This document shows positions 48,128 through 59,900 of a DNA stretch of 64,000 bases, one piece after another (positions within the stretch are counted from its first letter, which is position 1; each line of letters opens with the position of its first letter). The notes under the pieces are model-generated. The model saw nothing but the letters and a program-made list of their open reading frames with translations. It did no database searches and had not been told where the DNA came from. The stretch covers positions 138,394 through 202,393 of the forward strand of contig NIVC01001641.1 of the NCBI GenBank assembly GCA_002269645.1, given 5' to 3'. The stretch comes from Macrostomum lignano (lineage: Eukaryota). Position numbers and translations under genes: made by a program.

Positions 48128-50999
48128 CTGGATGATGGGGCAAAGTCAATGATTGTAATCTTTAATTTATTTATATTAAGGGAATACTAATAATGTATAT
48201 TAATATAGAGAATTTACTTCTACTAATAAATAAAGTACATATATTTACAAGCATGCATATATGTTGCCTATTTGAGCCAACTAGCAGAATCCCCAAGTTA
48301 TTCCGAAAATCAAATTATTTTACTACTAAACCCTTGTGTTTTTAATGAAAAACTATTGTTTTGACTTTTAATAGTTTAACTTTCATTTTATATGGATATT
48401 GCTACATATACAGACCTAAATTAGTCTAGTCTTTGGGTTTACTTATGTGGCAAATAGATTTCTGGCAATATGGCTAGTTTATATTTTGGTATCCAAATAT
48501 ACACTAGGCAGCTATCCAAAATGCATAGTCCATATCATGCTTGGAGTTACACCAGAAGAAAACGGATGAAATTTTATCATTTATGCTTGACTTATGTTAG
48601 GCTTAAGCACTGCATGCCAGGCATAATGCTTAGACTAAGGGAGGGGGTGCAGGGCAATTTGTACAAACATTTTTCAATTCAAAAAGTTTCATGTTTCCAC
48701 TTGTATATTATAGTTAAAACTCTATAAATACTAAAGTATAAAAAAATGTAAAAGTTGTTGCATTATAGTACAATTTCTAGATTTTGAACTTTGTTTTTTA
48801 CTTTCTATAAATAATAAAATATAGTTAGTTCTTTGAATTCTTCATTTTATTAGGCTTACAAAATAAGGTAATTTTTAACCAATACATGGTTAGGCCTATT
48901 ATATGCCAGGCCAGAAGATAATATAGTTGTTTTTATGCTCTAGCCATTTGTGCCAATCTACTTTTCTATCAATTCTTTTGCTAGGCATTAATACTAAGGC
49001 TAATTTTTTTCTAGATTTCTAGATGCTAGTTTTCTAGTATAATTTTAACAAAATGGACTATGGTCCAAAATATAACCAAAGTGCCTAGAATATTTGTATA
49101 TATAAATAATAACTATGCAATTTAAAATTATTTAGAATAAGTTGGATTTTGTGCTTTTGAAAAAAAATATTGACCATAATTAGGCCTAGCATAAAGAATG
49201 TTTTAGTTAATATTAGGCCTAAGTTTAAAAATTTGATCTAATATTATTTTGATCTATAACTTTCTAAAATATAATTTTAATTGGCTTATATTATAGTTGC
49301 ACTGTTAACATAGGACTTATACTTCTAAAAAGAACAAAATGTTATTGATTAAGTGATAGTTTAAGCAATATTCAACGAAGTCTAAGATTAGACTTTAGAC
49401 ATAGGCCTAGGAAATCATGATTATGTGCATAGGCTTTTGTGAGTTTTTTAGGTTATTATATTTTTACATATATAGTAGGGCCTACAATTTTTTTCAATTT
49501 AAAAGCAGAGGCATATCAATAGAGCCTAGCTATATTTTGAATTTATTTAGTTTTAAAATATTTTTAAATTAAAAATGCAGCTCTTTGTCATAGGCCTAGA
49601 ACATATGGCATTTGTAGGCTGCATCTTTTTATCTTAAGATTTATATGGGTGTGGATCTAGAATAGGGGACATCAATCACTAAGGTAGGGCCTACATTGTA
49701 CACGTAATGTATTATGTATATAATATTTATAGGCTTATGCTTTTGCTTATATACTATTTATTTTAGGGCCTACAGGCTACAACCTACAAAAATGTGCACA
49801 GGCTAGGCCTAAGCTGTAAACAGGTGCCAGATCAAGTTCAGTACAGGTACAGAAATCTAATAATTTTATATATTTACCTCCATAAAAGACGACGACGAGT
49901 CACTTATTGTGTGGTTATCTTTAGAATTTTTGTCACCCGTACCATTCATACGACTAAATGGAAGCATATCGACTTCTCGAGCAGATAATATTGCTCAAGA
50001 ATTATTATTACAAAGTTATTGCCGTATCTATTATTAAAAAGTATTGGAATGACAGCAAGAAAAACGATTACTTAATTAAAGAAAGAGAAAACAGACTTGA
50101 AGAATCATTTAGAGAGGCTTATTATCTCAAAACAAAATATTTCTCTAGACTTAGTGGATCAGCCAAGACTTAAGATTTTCTGAACACTTTGACTCAAGGG
50201 CACGCCAGTACATATACATTACACACTAGAAACGTGTGAAAATTTCTCGCATGCGGTCACAATTCCCCAAGTTAAATTTACTTCGCAGCTGTGTTCACGT
50301 GGTATAACAAGCATATTTTGTGTGAATTGCTTAAAACCAATAAAATCAGCTTTATGAAAACTGTATGTAAGAAATCAGCAGATTAGTATAAAATGCGATT
50401 GATATTAAAGCATCAAAGACTTGCAAAGAAAAAATCGCATTTACGTAACTTTGAGGAATTGTGATATCGTGGGGCTACATTATCGGTTTGTGGAGCAGCA
50501 CGATACCTTCCAAATTCGTAAAAAATATTATTTTGATGCATTCTATTGTTCTATACAACACAGAGATGATCACAAAGGTCAAGTACAGCTATCTAAACGT
50601 ATAATTCTTCAGTGAATTTAGGGCGACCGATTAGCCAGATGGTCTTCCAATTCAATAACAGCAATTCTGAGATCAGAACACATAGTTTCAGAGTAGTACC
50701 TTCTTTTATCTAATAAGTCCTTGTTTGTGCTACAAACGTTATAATATCACACATACAAGTATACGAGCTACATGTACAAACGTATGTACATGTACATGTG
50801 TTCAATTAATATAGAAGTAAATTTATACAATTCAATTCATTATTTTAGTGTTAGTTAATTTATAAAATGATTTTTTAAAATAACATAACAGATAATAATA
50901 GGGTAAAAATTTTTCACGGAAGTTGAAAATGGAGTAGATGAGATGTCAGTGACCGCTATAATTATCTTCAGCTGCAGGGGCAAATGCATTTTCCAGCCG

Positions 51000-53900
51000 A
51001 TGAGGAGCCGCGCTGCCTGGATACGCCCAGCTAGCCTGGCGTCGGTATGAGTGTGCTGCTAAAATGAGCAGTGTTGGGCACCAGTCCGTTAATAAGCGTT
51101 AAAGCGTTAAGATTTTTCATTAACGCTAACGGACTGCCGTTAAGCTTTTTTTGAACTAACGGATTGTTAACGAATTTGCGTTAATAATTTTGTGAGTTAC
51201 CGAAAAATTCATCGTTAACGTTAATGGCAATGTCAAATGACCAAAGACGCAAAGAAAGACCAAAATTTAAGTCTGAAGAGAAGCCAACCGGATGGATTTG
51301 AATTTACCTAAATGCACTAAATGAACTTAAATGAACTTTATTACTTGTGCGTGAGCATGGATCACTTTTATTCACTTCTTTCCCAATCTTTATTCGTAAC
51401 TTTCTGCTGCGCCTGCTAATGCTACTGAAACAACCTTCGTATTCGTATTATATTATTCACTATTTATATTAGCTTTCCAATTTCAAATAAATAAGTTAAT
51501 TCTTTTACCGTATGCTTACTTTTAGTAGTATTATGTATACAAGTTTTTAAAATATATTATTTAATACTTTTTAGCTTGTAAATCGGTTAGATGACCTTTG
51601 TGTTTCGCTAAAAGGTGGAAAAGCAAAGACAGTGCATTGTGGAAGTCTGTTTAGAAAAAAAGTGCAAGATTTCTGTAATTTCTGTGTTAACATTAACGGA
51701 TTAACGTACGCTTATTAACGACTGTCGGTTAATTTTCAGTTAACTTAACGAAATTAAATAAGAGTTAATAAGTTAAGATTTTCTTGTTTTAACGTTTACG
51801 CTTTTGCCATTAAGTTAAGATTTTCATTAACGGTGCCTAACAGTGAAAATGAGCAATTTTTTTAGCGTGAACTTCACGTTCAATTTAGCTTATATATGCA
51901 CATGTGATTAGTAGGACAAATTTCGGCTGGTTTTTGTTAGTACAAACTGTATATTTGTGTCAAGAAAACAACGGATCGGTAATTTTTTTATATAGAATTT
52001 AAAGTCAGGGACAAATATTTTGTACAATATTGTGTTTGCCTCGAAAGAGAGCCATGCATGCCGTGTGAAATCTACATGTGAAATCTACAGTCTAGATGGG
52101 CTTTCTTTTGAATCTGACTGCAGATAGGGATATTGACTGTACATACATGTATGCATTATGCTTGTGCCCCCAGTGCATGTACAGTATATGGCGGACATAA
52201 ATGCTGACAAATAGTGGACTTTTTACAAGTATTTGCATGCGTGAATCCTTCTACAATCGTGTATATGTTATAAACATCGAAATTACGCGTAGATTAAAAA
52301 ATATAATGTAATTGCATTAGCCAAGTAAGTACATTTTAGCTTAAATTCTCGTATGTTGGGCATTAATATGAATTTTTCTACGAATGAGAAGTGTGCAGTC
52401 GGTGGCCATGCACGCTTGCAACTACATGTACATCTACATGCACTTGCACTCAGAAGCGAGAGCAATTATATCGCATGCATTGACGTACCGAGCTAAAATT
52501 AACATATTTCAGCAGGGCTCGTACAGTGTAAAGATAAACAAAATGTCACGGTACGTGAGTTACCTCGAAGCTTTACACAATTGAAGCCTGCATTAAAGCA
52601 TAGAGTGAGAGGACGAGTGTGCTCAATATGCTCCGAATCAAGACAACTTCGGTTGAGACGAGAAAAAAGACAGAGAAAGGTGAGCGAGCTGTGGCGAGGA
52701 AAGTGCTGTACAGAGCTTTGCGGCAAACAGAAATGTTGCATTGGACAGCGCCATATCCAACGTGCACTCCGAGCACACGGCTTAAATTCCTGGGCCATTG
52801 CAACGAAGAGAAGCTGAGAGTCTCCACTACTTCGTGGGCGGTTTCAAGCAGCTTTTTGACAATACCAACTCAGCCACTTGACATCCCTGTCCACGAAACC
52901 TACCTACCATTTATCTTGCAAAATGGCGGAGGTAAGCAGCTGTTACTGACATGTGTTTACGTCAAATTGACTCATTACAGCTTGTATGAAACCTTCCAAC
53001 CGCCACCTATATCCTCCACTTTACAGTCATCGATGCCGAAACGAAGTGAAGACGACTGCGACATGGTCACCAGCCTGCAAGAGCCGTTTTGTGAGTCGTT
53101 TTTTTATTATTAATTCATTTAAAATTCATTGTTGTGTAGTGTAGTTTAAGTTTACTTGGCGTTACTCCTACTATGCGGGGTTCTATTGTAATTTCAGTGG
53201 TTTCTGCCCTGTTTTAGTGGTTTGGTCTTTCGTGTTGCAGTGCTTTCTATCATGTTGCAAGGATTTCTGTCGTGTTGCAGTGGTTTCTGTCGTGTTGCAA
53301 TGCTTTCAGTCGTGTTGCTATGGTTTCTGTCGTGTTGCTATGGTTTCTGTCGTGTTGCAATGCTTTCTGTCGTGTTGCAATGCTTTCAGTCGTGTTGCTA
53401 TGGTTTCTGTCGTGTTGCAATGCTTTCTGTCGTGTTGCAATGCTTTCAGTCGTGTTGCAGTGGTTTCTGTCGTGTTGCAATGCTTTCAGTCGTGTTGCAG
53501 TGGTTTCTGTCGTGTTGCAATGCTTTCTGTCGTGTTGCAATGCTTTCTGTCGTGTTGCTATGCTTTCTATCGTGTTGCAATGCTTTCTGTCGTGTTGCAA
53601 TGCTTTCTGTCGTGTTGCAATGCTTTCTGTCGTGTTGCAATGCTTTCTGTCGTGTTGCAGTGATTCTGTCGTGTTGCAGTGCTTTCTATCGTGTTGCAGT
53701 GATTCTGTCGTGTTGCAGTGATTTCTGTCGTGTTGCAATTTGCTTTCTGTCGTGTTGCAATGCTTTCTGTCGTGTTGCAATGCTTTCTGTCGTGTTGCAG
53801 TGGTTTCTGTCTTTTTCAATGGCTTCTGTCGAGTTGAAAAGATTCCTGTCATGTTGCAGCAGTTGCTGTCGCGTTTCAATGGGTTCTGTTGTGTGGCAGA

Positions 53901-56900
53901 GTGGGTTTTGCTGTGTTGCAGAATGGGTTGTGTGAAATGGGTTCTCTGCATAGTTGTAATTTGTCTGCAAGCAGATTATATGTGCATTGGCAATTCTAAA
54001 TTCTCAAAGAATCCAAATAAATTTGCAAAGCAATCTTTAGAAATGACTTACCCAATAATATCCCTGAACTATCCAGTATCCAAGGCGGAGCTCGCACTAC
54101 ACGAAGCCGCTCGCTCAGGCAATCGAACTCGAGTTGAGAAACTGATCAAGGTGACGGGCAAGATTGATTGCAGAAACAGTTTGGACCGCACGGCGCTGCA
54201 CATGGCGGCCAGCAAGGGCCACAGGGAGATCGTCAGAATCCTCATCGAAAGCGGGAAGGCCAGCGTCGAAGTGACCGACAAGTTCGGCATGTCTCCGCTG
54301 ATGTGGGCGACGTATTTCGGCCATATAGAAGTCGTCAACTTACTGTTGGACAGATCGGCAAACATCAGACGGCGGAACAAGGTGCCAATCTTTTATCCAG
54401 AGTTTTGGTTGTACGATGCTTCGATTGTACGCTCTTCTGAAACTCCGGATAGCGGGAAACCCTAAATCCCCATACAGGTGACAGCCTGGTAAATTCATTT
54501 GACGTAGTTTCAACCAAATTCCCATATTCAGCTTGGAATGCACGTGGTACACATCGCGGCCGAGCAGAACCACTGCGAATTGGTGAAGATCTTCATCAAC
54601 AAGACGAAGAAGACTCTGCTGAATGACACTGAAAAGGTAATGGCGGAGCACTAATTCAACATATTTTACTCCTAATGGTAGCTTACTCGTTCCAAGTGCT
54701 CCTCAATTTTCAGAACGGCATGACGGCAGTGATGATCGCCGCTGCGAAGGGCAACGGAGAAGTTGTCCAGAGCCTCATCAGCCTGGGAGCCGACTTGAAG
54801 ATTCGCGACAATGTCAGTCATACATAGGGAATGGTTCAACGATGAGTTCAATCTTTGGGTTTTGTTGTGTTGCAGTGGGTTTTGTTGTGCTGCAGTGGGT
54901 TCTGTTGTGCTGCAGTGGGTTCTGTTGTGTTGCAGTGGGTTCTGTTGTGTTGCAGTGGGTTCTGTTGTGTTGCAGTGGGTTCTGTTGTGTTGCAGTGGGT
55001 TCTGTTGTGTTGCAATGGGTTCTGTTGTGTTGCAGTGGGTTCTGTTGTGTTGCAGTGGGTTCTGTTGTGTTGCAGTGGGTTCTGTTGTGTTGCAGTGGGT
55101 TCTGTTGTGTTGCAGTGGGTTCTGTTGTGTTGCAGTGGGTTCTGTTGTGTTGCAATGGGTTCTGTTGTGTTGCAGTGGGTTCTGTTGTGTTGCAGTGGGT
55201 TCTGTTGTGTTGCAGTGGGTTCTGTTGTGTTGCAGTGGGTTCTGTTGTGTTGCAGTGGGTTCTGTTGTGTTGCAGTGGGTTCTGTTGTGTTGCAGTGGGT
55301 TCTGTTGTGTTGCAGTGGGTTTTGTTGTGTTGCAGTGGGTTCTGTTGTGTTGCAGTGGGTTCTGTTGTGTTGCAGTGGGTTCTGTTGTGTTGCAGTGGGT
55401 TCTGTTGTGTTGCAGTGGGTTCTGTTGTGTTGCAGTGGGTTTTTGTTGTGTTGCAGTGGGTTCTGTTGTGCTGCAGTGGGTTCTGTTGTGTTGCAGTGGG
55501 TTCTGTTGTGTTGCAGTGGGTTCTGTTGTGTTGCAGTGGGTTCTGTTGTGTTGCAGTGGGTTCTGTTGTGTTGCAGTGGGTTCTGTTGTGTTGCAGTGGG
55601 TTCTGTTGTGTTGCAGTGGGTTCTGTTGTGTTGCAGTGGGTTCTGTTGTGTTGCAGTGGGTTCTGTTGTGTTGCAGTGGGTTCTGTTGTGTTGCAGTGGG
55701 TTCTGTTGTGTTGCAGTGGGTTCTGTTGTGTTGCAGTGGGTTCTGTTGTGTTGCAGTGGGTCTGTTGTTTTGCAGTGAATTGTATTGTGTTGCAGTGAAT
55801 TCTTTTGTGCCGCAGTGAATTCTGTTGTGTTTCAGTGAATTCTGTTGTGCTGCAGTGGGTTCTGTTGTGCTGCAGTGGGTTCTGTTGTGCTGCAGTGGGT
55901 TCTGTTGTGCTGCAGTGGGTTCTGTTTTGCCGTAGTTCATACTTATTGGTGCTATAGATGTTGATTCTGTCATTTTTCCATGGGTTCTGTCATACTGCTC
56001 TATCTATTTGTGTGCTCTATCTTATTTCATTGCGTGCAGTCATGTTGCAGTGCCTTCTTCCGCGTTGACGTAGGCTTTATGGCTGGCAACATTGACATTA
56101 CATTGTCTTTAAGTAGTTCGGCTTTCAGATGTATTTTTATTTAGCTGCTTCGAATCCTACTATCGCGCAATATCCGCTAATTCATTCCGAAAACCACCGC
56201 ACTCACGCAACAGCGAAAGCGGACGGTGCTTCACGTGGCGGCGGAGAGTGGCAACGAGCGGGTTCTGGACAACCTCATCGCTGACGGGCCAAAAATGCGC
56301 GAACTGATCAACGAGAGGGACGATCGCGGCCGGATGCCGATTCACTACGCCGTGGAGAAGGGCTTCGCCGGCGCCGTGGAAATTCTGCTGGCTTTCGGGG
56401 CCTCCCCGAACGATACCACGGATGTGAGGATCCAGGGACGGGGGTAAATAGTTAAGGGGAGTAGATAGTAAGGGAAGTAGGTAGTGAGGGGAGTAGATAG
56501 TGAGGGGAGTAGATAGCGAAGGGAGTAGATAGTGAGGGGAGTAGATAGTGGGGGAGTAGATAGTGGGTTGGAATAGATTGTGAAGGGAGTAGATAGTGGG
56601 GGAGTAGATAGTGAAGGGAGTAGATAGTGAGGAGAGTAGATAGTGGGGGAGTAGATAGTGGGTTGGAATACATTGTGAAGGAAGTAGATAGTGAGGAGAG
56701 TAGATAGTGGGGGAGTAGATAGTGGGTTGGAATAGATTGTGAAGGGAGTAGATAGTGGGGGAGTAGATAGTGAAGGGAGTAGATAGTGAGGAGAGTAGAT
56801 AGTGGGGGAGTAGATAGTGGGTTGGAATACATTGTGAAGGAAGTAGATAGTGAGGAGAGTAGATAGTGGGGGAAGTAGATAGTGGGGGAGTAGATAGTGA

Positions 56901-59900
56901 GGGAGAGTAAATAGTGAGGGGAGTAGATAGTGAAGGGAGTAGATAGTGAGGGGAGTAGATAGTGAAGGGAGTAGATAGTGAAGGGAGTAGATAGTGAAGG
57001 GAGTAGATAGTGAAGGGAGTAGATAGTGAGGGGAGTAGATAGTGAAGGGAGTAGATAGTGGGGGAAGTAGATAGTGGGGAAAGTAGATAGTGGGGGAGTG
57101 TTTAGTGAGGGGAGTAGCAGATAGATAGTTTATAGAAAGACGTGACAATTATTTGATCAAACTGGTCTTTTAGTTGATTTACTACAACATAATTTAATGC
57201 CGTTCAATTTCAGTCGGAAGAAGTGGAGACTGTTGCAAATTCTGCAACCCCAATAGCAGTGCATGTATGATCTGATTGAAATGATTGCCATCAAATTTGT
57301 CACTAAACTATTTTTTTAAATTGGCTTCACTTTAAAAGTTTTTAACAAAAAACAATTTGTGAATCTGTTATTGAAATAATCACGCTCTCGACTTTGTTTG
57401 CGTTGCTATAACAACAAGTAAACATTTTGAATTGATTTTGCAGTATTTTCGGGATCTAGAACTCACTGGCGCAATCTGTTGGTAGATCTAGAACTCGCTG
57501 GTGCAATCTGTTGGTAGATCTAGAACTCGCTGGTGCAATCTGTTGGTAGATCTAGAACTCGCTGGCGAGTTCTTAGTAGCCCTAGAAATCATTGCGGAAG
57601 AATTTCTCGCGTGTAGATCTAAGAATCACTCTCGATAACTTGCCCAATTCCATCAACAAAGTCAGGAACCACAGGTGGGACTTACATGGCTTACATAGGA
57701 CTAACAAAGAAATTTAGTCATGTTTTTTCTTGACTTCCCGCCCACGCTCAGAGCGTGTTCAATTCCAACATGCTAAATTCCATTTCAAGCAAAGCCAACC
57801 CGATCTCGCCCATCCAGCCGGAGATGTCACCTTTCCTGCTGGCCGCCCGCGAGAAGAAGCCGAACGAAGACGAACAGCCAGCCGAGGCGTTCGCCGACGG
57901 CGCAGCTCCGGGCGAAGGCGGCAAGCCGCGACCGCAGCACGGAGAGATTTTGCGACGTCTGGTGCAGGCGGGGACGGACATTGACGCTGTCAACAGCGTA
58001 AGCCTGCTGGATGAAGAGGATACAGTGTGTAGACAGTGTAGCTGAGGTGATGCTTTGACAGTGTAGCTGAGGTGATGCTTTGACAGTGTAGCTGAGGTGA
58101 TGCTTTGACAGTGTAGCTGAGGTGATGCTTTGACAGTGTAGCTGAGGTGATGCTTTGACAGTGTAGCTGAGGTGATGCTTTGACAGTGTAGCTGAGGTGA
58201 TGCTTTGACAGTGTAGCTGAGGTGATGCTTTGACAGTGTAGCTGAGGTGATGCTTTGACAGTGTAGCTGAGGTGATGCTTTGACAGTGTAGCTGAGGTGA
58301 TGCTTTGACAGTGTAGCTGAGGTGATGCTTTGACAGTGTAGCTGAGGTGATGCTTTGACAGTGTAGCTGAGATGATGCTTTGACAGTGTAGCTGAGGTGA
58401 TGCTTTGACAGTGTAGCTGAGGTGATGCTTTGACAGTGTAGCTGAGGTGATGCTTTGACAGTGTAGCTGAGGTGATGCTTTGACAGTGTAGCTGAGGTGA
58501 TGCTTTGACAGTGTAGCTGAGGTGATGCTTTGACAGTGTAGCTGAGGTGATGCTTTGACAGTGTAGCTGAGGTGATGCTTTGACAGTGTAGCTGAGGTGA
58601 TGCTTTGACAGTGTAGCTGAGGTGATGCTTTGAGAGTGTAGCTGAGGTGATGCTTTGACAGTGTAGCTGAGGTGATGCTTTGACAGTGTAGCTGAGGTGA
58701 TGCTTTGACAGTGTAGCTGAGGTGATGCTTTGACAGTGTAGCTGAGGTGATGCTTTGACAGTGTAGCTGAGGTGATGCTTTGACAGTGTAGCTGAGGTGA
58801 TGCTTTGACAGTGTAGCTGAGGTGATGCTTTGACAGTGTAGCTGAGGTCACCTGATGCTTTGGCCTTTGACAGTGTAGCTGAGGTCAGCGGAATGGGCAT
58901 AGCTGCTTGCCGCGGGTTGTCTTAAATAATTGGCAGTGACCAATGCCCCCATGCAAATACCTTATGAAGGTGTATCAGCCAGCATATGAATGAAATCTGA
59001 GCTCCCAGTACCAAGTTTTTATTATCAATTGCCTTATGCCGCACGCAGAATGGCTACACCGCCCTGCACTACGCCGCATTGAACGACGATGCCAACGCAG
59101 TGTACACCCTGGTGCACTTCGGCTGCGATATTTCTGCTAAGAATAATGTGAGCTCTAATTGCAACAGACTCATGGCTACTCAATCCTCAGAAGACCCATG
59201 GCTACTCAATCCTCAGACCCATGGCTACTCAATCCTCAGACCCATGGCTACTCAATCCTCAGACCCATGGCTACTCAATCCTCAGGCCCATGGCTACTCA
59301 ACCCTCAGACCCATGGCTACTCAATCCTCAGACCCATGGCTACTCAATCCTCAGGCCCATGGCTACTCAACCCTCAGACCCATGGCTACTCAATCCTCAG
59401 ACCCATGGCTACTCAATCCTCTCAGGCCCATGGCTACTCAACCCTCAGACCCATGGCTACTCAATCCTCAGACCCATGGCTACTCAATCCTCAGACCATA
59501 TGGCTACTCAACCCTCAGACCCATGGCTACTCAATCCTCAGACCCATGGCTACTCAATCCTCAGACCCATGGCTACTCAATCCTCAGACCCATGGCTACT
59601 CAATCCTCAGACCATATGGCTACTCAATCTACTCCCCCTAACTCCCGCACTCTCAACCGTTTCAGCGCATGCAAACTCCGCTCCACATGGCAGCTGAGCA
59701 GAACAGACTCCGAGCTGCTGAGGCTCTGCTCCTCAGCGGAGCGCCGTTAAACATTGCCGACAAGGTAACCGAAATGCCTCTCGCATGCTGCATTAACCAT
59801 CTGAATTCTGTCTGACTGACTCGCTGTCACCTCTTGTCAACACATTGCAGACAGGCAAGACGCCGCTGGTTTTGGCCACCCAAGGCGGCTGCATCTGCAT

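Noticed and set aside
565-59750. Dozens of long ORFs in the supplied track (for example 877-1692, 15555-16751, 17188-19188, 29508-30386, 54672-55973, 57748-58900)
   Set aside because: They are translations of stop-free tandem arrays inside introns or UTRs, open in several frames and strands at once, with no domain content.
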